A stretch of DNA of 34,369 nt from Bacillota bacterium (GCA_018725275.1 QLUC01000002.1:1-34369); one strand, 5' to 3'. Positions 17,845-27,234 are shown, counted from the first letter of the stretch. Notes: generated from the letters alone by a model not told the origin. Numbers and translations: made by a program.

Positions 17845-18252
17845 ATGATGACCGAGGGAATGCAAATTCGTGTGCTAGTGGCCAAGCCGGGCCTTGATGG
17901 GCATGACCGGGGGGCCAAGGTCATAGCCAGGGCGCTCCGTGATGCGGGTATGGAAGTAATTTATACCGGGCTGAGACAGACTCCGGAACAGATTGTCGAA
18001 GCTGCGTTACAAGAAGACGTCGATGTAATTGGCCTTAGTTGTCTGTCGGGCGCACATAACCACCTATTTGCCCAAGTGATTGAGCTGTTGAAAAAGCACC
18101 ATGCGGAAGACATCTTAGTGGTTGGTGGTGGAGTAATCCCTGAGGAAGACATCCCTTTGCTGAAAGCGCAGGGAGTCAAGGAGATTTTTACACCGGGCAC
18201 CGGCACTCTTGCTGTTGTGGAGTTTATTAAGAAGCATGCTTTGCCTAGATAA
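17845..18252 (+). CDS. Methylmalonyl-CoA mutase, small cobalamin-binding subunit
   Basis: B12-binding motif [13 protein letters not shown] (DxHxxG) and GLSCLSG...VGGGVIP. Confidence 0.92.
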   Translation: MMTEGMQIRVLVAKPGLDGHDRGAKVIARALRDAGMEVIYTGLRQTPEQIVEAALQEDVDVIGLSCLSGAHNHLFAQVIELLKKHHAEDILVVGGGVIPEEDIPLLKAQGVKEIFTPGTGTLAVVEFIKKHALPR

Positions 18253-19210
18253 TCTGCGCGAGAGGTTCTTGCAAGGAAACATGCGCGCCCTAGCACAAAG
18301 CATCTCGCTAGTGGAAGACAACCCCGAATTAGGCGCGAAGTTTTTCAGTCTTCTTGGGCTACCCCAGGGCAATCCGCGCATCATAGGTATTACGGGGCCA
18401 CCTGGCGCAGGCAAGAGTACCCTAACCGCCAAACTCGCGCTCGCGCTCTTAGCGCGCGGCGAGAGGGTTGCCCTGCTCCTCATTGATCCATCCAGCCCGT
18501 TCTCTGGGGGAGCCATTCTCGGCGATCGGATCCGCATGCACGAATTAAGTGGCCTTTCAGATGTCTATATCCGCAGTTTGAGTACTCGCGGCAGCCTAGG
18601 CGGACTTTCGGCAGCCACAGCTCGTGTCTTGCGCCTCCTACAGCACGGCAATTTCTCGACCATCATCTTGGAGACTGTCGGCACGGGTCAGGCCGAAACT
18701 GATGTTGTCATGGCGGTGGATGCGGTGGTGGTGGTTGCTGTACCCGGGCTAGGCGACGATATCCAGGCGATGAAGGCTGGTATTATGGAAATTGCCGATG
18801 TGTTCGTGGTCAATAAAGCCGATAGAGATGGTGCCGACCGCACAAAACTGCAAATTGAGGCTATCCTGGGCATGCAAGAGGGGCGGCGTGTCCACCCCAT
18901 CCAGGTGGTGCCGACAATAGCCACCACGGGACATGGCGTCGACAAACTCACGCAGGCACTTGATGACCATTTTGCTTACGTGGAACAAAGTGGTGAACTA
19001 GCTCGGCGCCGCGAGAAGCGTTGGCACAAAGAGTTCTCCGCCTACGTAGCAAACATCTTGCTTGGGGATTTCTTCTCCTGGGCCAACAGTCAGGGCATAG
19101 GGATAATGGCTAACGCAGATTGGGCCGAGATAGAAGTGTATGGACTGGCCAAGCAGGCCACCGCTCAATATTTTACCGAAAGGATGAAACGGCATGTTGA
19201 AGAAGATTGA
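18236..19210 (+). CDS. meaB: MeaB/ArgK-type G-protein chaperone of methylmalonyl-CoA mutase
   Basis: [12 protein letters not shown], Walker [47 protein letters not shown] 18236 overlaps the mutase small-subunit stop. Confidence 0.9.
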   Translation: MLCLDNLRERFLQGNMRALAQSISLVEDNPELGAKFFSLLGLPQGNPRIIGITGPPGAGKSTLTAKLALALLARGERVALLLIDPSSPFSGGAILGDRIRMHELSGLSDVYIRSLSTRGSLGGLSAATARVLRLLQHGNFSTIILETVGTGQAETDVVMAVDAVVVVAVPGLGDDIQAMKAGIMEIADVFVVNKADRDGADRTKLQIEAILGMQEGRRVHPIQVVPTIATTGHGVDKLTQALDDHFAYVEQSGELARRREKRWHKEFSAYVANILLGDFFSWANSQGIGIMANADWAEIEVYGLAKQATAQYFTERMKRHVEED

Positions 19211-19610
19211 TCACTTGGGGATTGCCGTCAAGGACCTCGACGCTGTGCGCAAGTTCTATACGGAATTCCTCGAACTACCTGATGCCGGGGAAGAGGAAGT
19301 CCCTGAACAAAAGGTGCGGGTTGCGTTTTTTCCCATCGGAGAGACTAAGATAGAACTCCTCGAGCCTACCTCACCGGAGAGCCCCATCGCTAAATTTCTC
19401 GAAAGCAAGGGTGAAGGGATACACCATGTGTCATTTGCGGTAGACAACATAACCGAAGCGCTCCTTAAATTAAAGGAAAAAGGGATTCGCCTCATCGATG
19501 AAGTCCCGCGCAGAGGCGCTCATGGGGCGAAAATAGCCTTTATCCACCCCAAAGCCAGCAGTGGTGTGCTCATAGAGTTGTGTGAACACACGGAACATGA
19601 GGAGGCCTAA
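19194..19610 (+). CDS. mce: Methylmalonyl-CoA epimerase (VOC/glyoxalase fold)
   Basis: [12 protein letters not shown]...KIELLEPTSPESPIAKFLESKGEGIHHVSFAV...GAKIAFIHPKASSGVLIEL matches the epimerase family. Overlaps the meaB end by 17 nt. Confidence 0.9.
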   Translation: MLKKIDHLGIAVKDLDAVRKFYTEFLELPDAGEEEVPEQKVRVAFFPIGETKIELLEPTSPESPIAKFLESKGEGIHHVSFAVDNITEALLKLKEKGIRLIDEVPRRGAHGAKIAFIHPKASSGVLIELCEHTEHEEA

Positions 19611-19616
19611 GCGCAG

Positions 19617-21161
19617 ATGTTAGAGAAGATCAGGGAACTAGAACTACTAAGACAGACCATTTCCCTAGGCGGTGGGCAGAAACGCATCGATAAACACAAG
19701 GAGAAAGGGAAGCTAACAGCGCGTGAGCGCATTTTGTTCCTGCTTGACCCCCAGAGTTTTGTCGAGCTTGACCTCTTTATGCGCCATCGTTGTACAGACT
19801 TTGGCATGGAAAGCGTCGAAGCTCCAGGGGAAGGGGTAGTCACCGGCTATGGAACGATTGACGGCAGATTAGTCTATGTTTCCTCACAAGACTTTACGGT
19901 GGTCGGTGGGTCACTAGGTGAAGCCCATGCCCAGAAGATCTGTAAAGTGATGGATATGGCGGTGCGGAATGGGGCGCCCATGATTTCCATCAACGATTCC
20001 GGCGGCGCCCGCATTCAAGAAGGCGTCGATGCCTTAAATGGTTACGGCAATATCTTCTACCGCAATACCCTAGCCTCCGGGGTCATCCCGCAAATTTCGG
20101 TCATCATGGGGCCCTGTGCCGGGGGTGCGGTGTATTCTCCGGCTCTAACTGATTTTGTCTTTATGACCGCGACCCACAGCCAAATGTTCATCACCGGACC
20201 GCAGGTTATCAAGGCGGTGACCGGCGAGGACGTCACTATGGAAGACCTCGGCGGGGCAAATGTGCATAACACTACCAGTGGGGTAGCGCACTTTATGGCG
20301 GCAACGGATGAAGATTGCCTCACCCAGGTGCGCCGCTTGGTAAGCTTCCTGCCAAGCAATAATTTGTCCGAGGCACCCGCAAATTTTTCCGACGACCCCG
20401 TCAGCCGGGTGGGGGAGCGTCTGCTGGAACTCATTCCTGCTGAGGCAAATCGCAGTTATGACGTACGCGAGTTAGTCGCCGAGGTCATCGACGATGGAGA
20501 TTTCATGGAAGTACAACCCTTTTACGCCGAGAACATGGTCGTAGGTTTCGGAAGATTAAATAGCCGGACCATAGGGATAATAGCCAACCAGCCCAAAGTG
20601 CTCGCGGGAAGTCTGGATATCAACGCCTCAGACAAAGCTGCTCGCTTCATCCGTTTCTGCGATAGCTTCAACATTCCCCTCCTCACCTTTGTCGATACCC
20701 CCGGCTACCTGCCAGGAGTAAACCAAGAGTATGGCGGCATCATTCGCCACGGGGCTAAGCTACTCTATGCTTATTCCGAAGCCACCGTGCCCAAGCTAAC
20801 CGTCATCGTGCGCAAGGCATACGGCGGAGCCTACCTCGCCATGTGTAGCCGAGCACTGGGCGCGGATACGGTTATCGCTTTTCCCACGGCGGAGGTTGCC
20901 GTGATGGGCCCAGAGGGCGCAGCGAACATTCTCTTTAAAGATTTTATCTCTAACGCCGAAAGTCCCGCCGAAACCCGCCGAGAAAAAATTTCTGAGTACC
21001 GGCAGAAATTTGCTAATCCCTACGTGGCGGCAGCCCGCGGCATGGTAGATGATATCATTGACCCGCGGGATACCCGTCGTGTTCTGTGTAACGCACTAGA
21101 AGCCAATGCCACCAAACGCGAACAAAGGCCCCCAAGAAAACACGGCAACATGCCGCTATAG
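19617..21161 (+). CDS. mmdA: Methylmalonyl-CoA decarboxylase alpha subunit / propionyl-CoA carboxyltransferase (carboxyl transferase domain)
   Basis: Two crotonase-like halves of the carboxyltransferase family ([65 protein letters not shown]). Confidence 0.9.
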   Translation: MLEKIRELELLRQTISLGGGQKRIDKHKEKGKLTARERILFLLDPQSFVELDLFMRHRCTDFGMESVEAPGEGVVTGYGTIDGRLVYVSSQDFTVVGGSLGEAHAQKICKVMDMAVRNGAPMISINDSGGARIQEGVDALNGYGNIFYRNTLASGVIPQISVIMGPCAGGAVYSPALTDFVFMTATHSQMFITGPQVIKAVTGEDVTMEDLGGANVHNTTSGVAHFMAATDEDCLTQVRRLVSFLPSNNLSEAPANFSDDPVSRVGERLLELIPAEANRSYDVRELVAEVIDDGDFMEVQPFYAENMVVGFGRLNSRTIGIIANQPKVLAGSLDINASDKAARFIRFCDSFNIPLLTFVDTPGYLPGVNQEYGGIIRHGAKLLYAYSEATVPKLTVIVRKAYGGAYLAMCSRALGADTVIAFPTAEVAVMGPEGAANILFKDFISNAESPAETRREKISEYRQKFANPYVAAARGMVDDIIDPRDTRRVLCNALEANATKREQRPPRKHGNMPL

Positions 21162-21170
21162 GAGGACAAT

Positions 21171-21557
21171 ATGTCAAGTGAGTTATTTTTCTATGGCCTA
21201 AAAATCACCGCCATTGGCATGGGTATTGTTTTCGTCACCCTGTATGTTACCCAGCTCATACTCCTCGGTCTTGGCCAAATAGCGACAGCCCGAGCCAAAA
21301 ACAAACCACAACCATCTTTAGCAGAAAATCCACCCTTGGATGAAGTCCCGTCGGAGATAGTGACAGAAGAGAACCCAATGCTAAGTCCCAATCGCCATGA
21401 GCCAAGTTTCGGTGTTTTAGTAGCCATTTCTGCGGCCTTGGCGGCGATGCTCGGCAGTCGTCCGGTGAGCATCATTAGTATCCGGAAAGAGCAGAACGGT
21501 GGCAGTGCCTGGCAGCAATCTGCCCGCCTGAACAGTGCCGAACGCCAGCAAAACTAG
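21171..21557 (+). CDS. OadG-family small membrane subunit of the Na+-translocating decarboxylase (delta/gamma-type anchor)
   Basis: Single N-terminal TM helix with the OadG-like GLKITAIGMGIVFVTLYV, located between the carboxyltransferase and biotin carrier genes. TAGGAGGA RBS. Confidence 0.75.
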   Translation: MSSELFFYGLKITAIGMGIVFVTLYVTQLILLGLGQIATARAKNKPQPSLAENPPLDEVPSEIVTEENPMLSPNRHEPSFGVLVAISAALAAMLGSRPVSIISIRKEQNGGSAWQQSARLNSAERQQN

Positions 21558-21573
21558 GAAGGAGCCGATTTTA

Positions 21574-21996
21574 GTGCAGAAGAAGTATCGCATCGTAGTA
21601 AATGGCGAAGTGTACGAGGTCGAAATCGAAGAAGTCAGCGGGTATAGAAGTCCCGTTGGGTCCGCGCCCCTGGCCGCTCCCGAGCGTGCGGTTGCCCCTA
21701 TTCGCCCTCAGTCTGCCCCTGTGGTCGCATCACCTAAGGAAAAAGCTGCGCCGATCAAGAGCGCAACTCCTGCCCCTACCGGTGCTGGAGTGGTAACCTC
21801 TCCTATGCCGGGGACTATCTTGCAGGTTAAGGTAAACGTGGGGGATGTCGTAAAATATGGCCAACCGGTCGTCATCCTTGAAGCTATGAAGATGGAGAAC
21901 GAAATCGTAGCCACGACGAATGGCACCGTTAAAGAAATAAGGGTTGGCAAGGGCGCCACTGTCAATTCCGGTGACGCGCTCGTGGTGATCGCCTAA
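21574..21996 (+). CDS. mmdC: Biotin carboxyl carrier subunit of the decarboxylase
   Basis: Ala/Pro-rich linker followed by a biotinyl domain with [12 protein letters not shown] 21574 follows an AGGAAGGAG RBS; the track start 21535 overlaps the previous gene. Confidence 0.88.
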   Translation: MQKKYRIVVNGEVYEVEIEEVSGYRSPVGSAPLAAPERAVAPIRPQSAPVVASPKEKAAPIKSATPAPTGAGVVTSPMPGTILQVKVNVGDVVKYGQPVVILEAMKMENEIVATTNGTVKEIRVGKGATVNSGDALVVIA

Positions 21997-22016
21997 CCAT
22001 AGAGGGAGGAAAAACT

Positions 22017-23159
22017 TTGCTACAAGAAATTATTGCGATTCTTATTGACCTGTGGGGTACAACAGGTTTTGCCAACATGACACAGGGGCACCTCATCATG
22101 ATTTTCATTGCCTGTTTTTTTCTCTATCTTGCCTTAGTGAAAGAATATGAGCCCTTGCTTCTGGTGCCCATCAGCTTCGGAATGCTCATTACGAATTTAC
22201 CTCTGGGCGGCTTGATGACACCGCCTACCGGAGAAATGGCCGGCGGCTTAATGTACTATCTTTACCAAGGAGTTAAGCTAGGCATCTATCCACCCCTGAT
22301 CTTCCTTGGCGTCGGAGCGATGACCGACTTTGGCCCCCTCATTGCCAATCCCAAGACCCTTTTGCTCGGAGCCGCAGCCCAAATTGGTATCTTTGCTACC
22401 TTTATGGGGGCACTGGCCCTTGACTTCACTCCCCAGGAGGCCGGCGCCATAGGCATCATCGGAGGTGCCGACGGCCCGACCGCAATCTTCCTCGCGGCCC
22501 GCCTAGCACCTCATCTTTTAGGTTCTATCGCCTTGGCGGCATATTCTTATATGGCTTTGGTTCCCGTCATCCAACCGCCCATTATGCGCCTCCTGACGAC
22601 CAAGAAAGAGCGCGAGACGGTTATGCAGCAACTGCGTGAAGTTTCGAAATTAGAAAAGGTACTTTTCCCTATATTGGTCACCCTTCTCGTCAGCCTATTG
22701 TTGCCTCCGGCTACACCTTTGGTGGGCATGCTGATGTTAGGCAATCTCTTTAGAGAATCAGGAGTCGTAACTCGTTTATCCGATACAGCGCAAAATCATC
22801 TGATGAATATTATCGTGATTTTCTTAGGCATTACGGTGGGAGCTTCCGCTCAGGCCGAGTACTTTCTTACCTGGGAGACGGTGGCCATCGTCATCCTTGG
22901 CTTGGCTGCCTTCGCGGTGGGCACAGCCGGTGGCGTGCTGTTTGGTAAAATAATGTACTATGCGACGGGTGGCAAGGTAAATCCTTTGATTGGTTCGGCA
23001 GGGGTGTCCGCAGTGCCCATGGCGGCGCGTGTTTCCCAGAGCGAGGGACGGCGTGCGAACCCAGCTAATTACTTGCTTATGCATGCCATGGGACCGAATG
23101 TGGCCGGTGTCATCGGCTCGGCCATAGCCGCGGGTGTGCTGCTGTCCATTCTTGGGTAA
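22017..23159 (+). CDS. mmdB: Na+-translocating decarboxylase beta subunit (OadB/MmdB/GcdB family integral membrane pump)
   Basis: Polytopic membrane protein with family motifs ([47 protein letters not shown]). TTG start follows an AGAGGGAGG RBS. Confidence 0.92.
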   Translation: MLQEIIAILIDLWGTTGFANMTQGHLIMIFIACFFLYLALVKEYEPLLLVPISFGMLITNLPLGGLMTPPTGEMAGGLMYYLYQGVKLGIYPPLIFLGVGAMTDFGPLIANPKTLLLGAAAQIGIFATFMGALALDFTPQEAGAIGIIGGADGPTAIFLAARLAPHLLGSIALAAYSYMALVPVIQPPIMRLLTTKKERETVMQQLREVSKLEKVLFPILVTLLVSLLLPPATPLVGMLMLGNLFRESGVVTRLSDTAQNHLMNIIVIFLGITVGASAQAEYFLTWETVAIVILGLAAFAVGTAGGVLFGKIMYYATGGKVNPLIGSAGVSAVPMAARVSQSEGRRANPANYLLMHAMGPNVAGVIGSAIAAGVLLSILG

Positions 23160-23165
23160 AAGAAA

Positions 23166-23200
23166 ATGGAGGGACACTAGTCTCTCCATATTTCTTTCTT
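23166..23200 (+). terminator. Probable rho-independent terminator after the decarboxylase beta gene
   Basis: ATGGAGGGA-CACTAG-TCTCTCCAT (9-bp stem including one G-U pair) followed by the T-rich ATTTCTTTCTT. Confidence 0.55.
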
Positions 23201-23248
23201 CAAAGCCAGTGTGAACTAGACACCCTCTAGAGGAAGGAGGAGGACAAC

Positions 23249-23812
23249 GTGAAGATTCCGGTAGGCATTTCTGGACGGCACCTGCATCTGTCAGCCGAGG
23301 ACTTAGCACTGCTTTTCGGAGGGAATCGGGCGCTCCAAAAATCTAAAGAGCTAAGCCAGCATGGACAGTACGCGGCGATGGAGAGAGTGACTTTGGTAGG
23401 ACCTAAAGGAGAGATTGCCAATACGCGGGTGCTAGGTCCAACTCGCCCGCGCACTCAGATAGAGGTCAGTATGACCGACGCTGTGAAACTTGGTATAATG
23501 CCCCCAGTAAGAGAATCAGGGGATATGACCGGGGCCAGCAATATCCGCATTCGCGGTCCCATGGGCGAGATTGAAATTCTAGAGGCCGTCATCATAGCAT
23601 GGCGACACATCCATATGTCCCCCCAAGAAGCCGTTGACCTCGGGCTCTGCGATAAGGATAGAGTAAGTGTATGTGTACCAGGGCAGCGCGGCGGGTCCCT
23701 AAACCAGGTGGTAGTCCGCGTGCGGCCGGACTTTAGGCTTGAACTGCATATTGATACCGACGAAGCTAATGCCTTTGGGCTGCAAAACGGTGATTTAGTG
23801 GAGATTTGCTAG
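23249..23812 (+). CDS. pduL: Phosphate propanoyltransferase PduL (phosphotransacylase)
   Basis: Both PduL repeats are present (GISGRHLHLSAEDL and IIAWRHIHMSPQEA). GTG start follows a GAAGGAGGAGGA RBS. Confidence 0.9.
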   Translation: MKIPVGISGRHLHLSAEDLALLFGGNRALQKSKELSQHGQYAAMERVTLVGPKGEIANTRVLGPTRPRTQIEVSMTDAVKLGIMPPVRESGDMTGASNIRIRGPMGEIEILEAVIIAWRHIHMSPQEAVDLGLCDKDRVSVCVPGQRGGSLNQVVVRVRPDFRLELHIDTDEANAFGLQNGDLVEIC

Positions 23813-23828
23813 GTACTGCTTCTGGTGT

Positions 23829-24659
23829 TTACGGAGCAGCAAACCCTTCCCCGAGGACTTCATGTGCTTCGGTAACTATAATAAAAGCGGATTTATCTAA
23901 CTCTAAGACAATTTGCTTGGCTCGAGTCAGTTCTGTCCTACCGACGACGCATAATAGCGTCGTCTTCTCACTTTTGCTGAAGCCTCCCCGGCTCGGGAAC
24001 ATGGTGACGCCGCGCTCTAGTTTGGTCATGAGCACAGCGGCAATCTTGTCGGCTTCGCCGGAGATGATAAAGAGTGCCCGCGCGGTGTAAAGACCATCTT
24101 GCACGACGTCAATGATCTTTGTACTAACGAATATCGCTATAAGGGCATACATGGCATATTCAGCGGTGAACATAATGCCGGCGAAAAGGACTACTGCCGC
24201 GTCAATAAATAAGAGGGCCTGGCCTATGCTTAATCCAGTGTAATGGGTGACCAACTTGGCCAAAATATCCGTTCCCCCAGTCGACCCGCGAAAACGAAAC
24301 ACGATTCCCATGCCTATACCAGTGATTACCCCGCCGTAGATAGACGCCAACAGGGGATCGGCAGTAAGCACACTCAGCCCCTGGCTGAATTCCACGGCGA
24401 GAGAAGTCGCTAACGAGCCAAGAATAGTGTAAAAACCAAACCGGAAACCGAAAACGAGAAAACTGGCGAACAATAAAGGTACATTTATCGCGAGCAGTAC
24501 GATGCCTGGCGACCATCCCCAGAGATGAAATAGAATCGTCGCAATACCGCTTGCCCCGCCGGCGGCAATGCGATTTGGGATAAGCAAGGCATTGAGCCCT
24601 ACACCTACGACCAGCGACCCTAGGATAATTCCCATATATTCCATAAGACGTCTCCACAT
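23829..24659 (-). CDS. YitT-family membrane protein (DUF161 repeats plus C-terminal DUF2179)
   Basis: Repeated GG.SG / GGTD membrane motifs (AAGGASGIATIL, GSTGGTDILA) and a soluble C-terminal domain (CVVGRTELTRAKQIVLELDKSAFIIV). The start is one of GTG 24668, ATG 24665 or ATG 24659; GAGGTG favours 24659. Confidence 0.85.
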   Translation of the reverse strand: MWRRLMEYMGIILGSLVVGVGLNALLIPNRIAAGGASGIATILFHLWGWSPGIVLLAINVPLLFASFLVFGFRFGFYTILGSLATSLAVEFSQGLSVLTADPLLASIYGGVITGIGMGIVFRFRGSTGGTDILAKLVTHYTGLSIGQALLFIDAAVVLFAGIMFTAEYAMYALIAIFVSTKIIDVVQDGLYTARALFIISGEADKIAAVLMTKLERGVTMFPSRGGFSKSEKTTLLCVVGRTELTRAKQIVLELDKSAFIIVTEAHEVLGEGFAAP

Positions 24660-24774
24660 GACCATCACCTCAGCCCATTATACCACGAGGTGCCGGACGC
24701 ATTATTAAGGCTACGCATTCGCTTCATCCATATGTTAAAATGACATATCAGGCATCATCGCTAGGAGGATGGCA

Positions 24775-25866
24775 GTGAATATCATCATTTTTTCGGCAAA
24801 CATTGGTCATGGCCACAATCAAGTAGCCCAGGCCGTTAGTGATCAACTCCGCCTGCATGGACACACCGTACAGCAGATTGATGCCTTGGAGTTCGTCAGC
24901 CCTTTCTTCTCTAAGGTCTTGCTAGAAAGCTATCTAAAGTTGCTACGATACACCCCTAGCATCTACGGGCACCTGTATCAGCTGACAGAGGAGCCGCCAT
25001 TTTTTGACTTCTCAGCGATTATCAATAACTTATTTTGCACCATGTTTAAAAAATTACTATCCCAGTTTAAGCCCGACGCTATAATTTGCACCCATAGTTT
25101 TCCAGCCGGATTCCTCTCAGCACTAAAGGTTCGCCTTGACATTAAAGTCCCGCTGTTTGTAGTGATCACAGATTACACCGTGCATTACACCTATGTGCAT
25201 CCTGCGGTAGATACCTATGTAATTGCTTCTCCGAAGTTATCCTATTTATTGAAGCACATCGGTGTGGAAGAACGCCAAATCGCTCCGCTCGGCATTCCCC
25301 TGCGCCGCAGGTTTGACAACCCGCCATGCCAAGCAAAAGCAAGGCAGTTGCTTCGCCTCTCTAGCAAGCCCACACTACTCCTCATGGGTGGCGGCTTGGG
25401 GATGGGTACCTCAGTAGAAATGGTGCGCCTGCTGGACCATTACCTTGATGGTCTGCAGTTATTAGTCATTACCGGGAAGAACGATGCTCTGCATCGCGAA
25501 CTGCTAGCATCGCGCTTTGGGAGTGATGTGCATATCGCAGGGTATGTGGATAATATCGAGACTTACATGGCGGCGGCGGATCTATTAGTCACCAAGCCGG
25601 GAGGCGTCACTTGTGCCGAGGCCTTGGCCATGGGCCTGCCTATGGCGGTCGTGTCCCCCATTCCTGGCCAAGAATTTCGCAATGCCTCTTTTCTAGTCGA
25701 ACAACAGGTTGCCATCCAGTTGGACGTCAATTATATGGCGCAAAAGCTTGTCGACCTAGTGGGGGATGAACTTCGCTTGTCCTGCATGAGCAACTTGGCT
25801 CGGCGATTAGCCAAACCAAAAGCCACTGCCCACTTCGTGGAGCTACTGCAAGGGTCGAAAAACTAA
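24775..25866 (+). CDS. MGDG-synthase/UgtP-like diacylglycerol glycosyltransferase (GT28 family)
   Basis: N-terminal SANIGHGHNQVAQAV (MGDG synthase domain) and C-terminal GT28-type GGGLGMG...KPGGVTCAEALA. GTG 24775 is spaced correctly from AGGAGG; ATG 24769 abuts it. Confidence 0.8.
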   Translation: MNIIIFSANIGHGHNQVAQAVSDQLRLHGHTVQQIDALEFVSPFFSKVLLESYLKLLRYTPSIYGHLYQLTEEPPFFDFSAIINNLFCTMFKKLLSQFKPDAIICTHSFPAGFLSALKVRLDIKVPLFVVITDYTVHYTYVHPAVDTYVIASPKLSYLLKHIGVEERQIAPLGIPLRRRFDNPPCQAKARQLLRLSSKPTLLLMGGGLGMGTSVEMVRLLDHYLDGLQLLVITGKNDALHRELLASRFGSDVHIAGYVDNIETYMAAADLLVTKPGGVTCAEALAMGLPMAVVSPIPGQEFRNASFLVEQQVAIQLDVNYMAQKLVDLVGDELRLSCMSNLARRLAKPKATAHFVELLQGSKN

Positions 25867-25883
25867 TTCTCAGGAGGAAAAGT

Positions 25884-27209
25884 ATGCATTATATCATCCA
25901 TACTTTCGGCTGCCAAATGAATGTAGCCGATGCGGAAGTTTTAGCCGGCCACTTAGAGACCATGGGGTATTCGGAAACGACAACGGAGGAATTGGCTGAT
26001 GTCATCTTGCTTATCACTTGCTGTGTGCGCGAGCATGCTGAAAGTAAGGTTTACGGTAAAATTGGTGAATTATACGACCTGAAGCAAAAGCGTCCCGAGA
26101 TCATCTTGGGCGTTGGCGGGTGTATGCCCCAACAGGCGGATGTGGCGAGCAAGCTGCAACAGCGTTTTCCCTACTTGGACCTTGTTTTTGGCACGCACAA
26201 CCTAGCCTCTTTCCCGGATTTACTTGACCAAGTCAGGAATTCAGGGAGCACAGTGGTGGAAGTTCTCCATGGAGTGGGCGGAATCACTGAGAACATGCCG
26301 CGCGTGCGGCGGGATAATCTCAAAGCTTGGGTTACGATTATGTACGGTTGTACAAATTTTTGTACATATTGCATTGTCCCCTATGTCAGGGGAAAGGAGC
26401 AGAGTCGCGAGATGTCGGCCATACTAACCGAGATTTGCGATCTAGCAGAGCGTGGCTATCGGGAGGTGACACTCCTTGGTCAAAACGTTAACAGTTACGG
26501 CACAGATCTTGTGGCTCACCCCGATTTTGCCGACCTCCTACAAAACATCGAGCAAATTTCGGGTATCGAGAGGGTGAGATTTATGACCTCGCACCCAAAG
26601 GACTTTTCTCGAAAATTAATTGCCGTGCTTGCGTCCAGCAAAAAAATCTGTGAACACTTACACTTGCCGGTGCAGAGCGGCAGCAATCGCATCTTACAGG
26701 CCATGAACAGAGGCTACAGCAGGGAACACTACATCGCTTTAGTAGATGAGATTCGTCGCTCTATTCCTAATACCGTACTCACCACCGACATCATAGTCGG
26801 TTTCCCCGGCGAAACAGCGGAGGACTTCGAAGATACACTGAACCTTGTCAGGGAAATCCGTTTTGATGCGGCCTTTACCTTTGCCTATTCTCCTCGTTCC
26901 GGCACGGTTGCCGCTACCTGGGCAGAACAATTAAGCAAGGAAGAAAAAAAAGAGCGTCTTAAGCGACTTAACGACAGCGTCAACGAGATTGCCTTAGAGC
27001 GAAATAAACCTCTCGTCGACCAAATTGTCGAAGTGCTGGTGGAGGGACCAAGCAAGACCGATGAAACCATGCTGACTGGGCGTACGCGTGGCAACAAGTT
27101 GGTTCATTTCCCTAGCGACCCTTCGGTAATCGGGAAAATCCTCGCTGTGAAGATAACAAGAGCGCAGACCTGGAGCTTATTTGCCCTACCGGTAGGTATG
27201 CCAAGATAA
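25884..27209 (+). CDS. miaB: tRNA-i6A37 methylthiotransferase MiaB
   Basis: TFGCQMNVADAE, ITCCVRE, radical SAM CTNFCTYC, C-terminal TRAM domain. Conserved position upstream of mutS. Confidence 0.93.
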   Translation: MHYIIHTFGCQMNVADAEVLAGHLETMGYSETTTEELADVILLITCCVREHAESKVYGKIGELYDLKQKRPEIILGVGGCMPQQADVASKLQQRFPYLDLVFGTHNLASFPDLLDQVRNSGSTVVEVLHGVGGITENMPRVRRDNLKAWVTIMYGCTNFCTYCIVPYVRGKEQSREMSAILTEICDLAERGYREVTLLGQNVNSYGTDLVAHPDFADLLQNIEQISGIERVRFMTSHPKDFSRKLIAVLASSKKICEHLHLPVQSGSNRILQAMNRGYSREHYIALVDEIRRSIPNTVLTTDIIVGFPGETAEDFEDTLNLVREIRFDAAFTFAYSPRSGTVAATWAEQLSKEEKKERLKRLNDSVNEIALERNKPLVDQIVEVLVEGPSKTDETMLTGRTRGNKLVHFPSDPSVIGKILAVKITRAQTWSLFALPVGMPR

Positions 27210-27234
27210 ACCTATAAGAGCTCACTTAAGGGGT

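Noticed and set aside
22824-23309. Long antisense ORFs: 161 aa here, plus 2158..2571, 18115..18537, 29761..30234 and 32066..32545 on the minus strand.
   Set aside because: Each lies fully opposite a well-supported, strongly conserved + strand gene. They have no RBS and have Arg/Ser/Pro-rich compositions typical of shadow frames.
23818-23845. Weak hairpin (CTGCTTC...GGAGCAG) spanning the convergent ends of pduL and yitT, considered as a bidirectional terminator.
   Set aside because: The stem is 7 bp including a G-U pair, with a 10-nt loop and no flanking U/A tracts, and it overlaps the yitT coding end. This is not enough to call a terminator.
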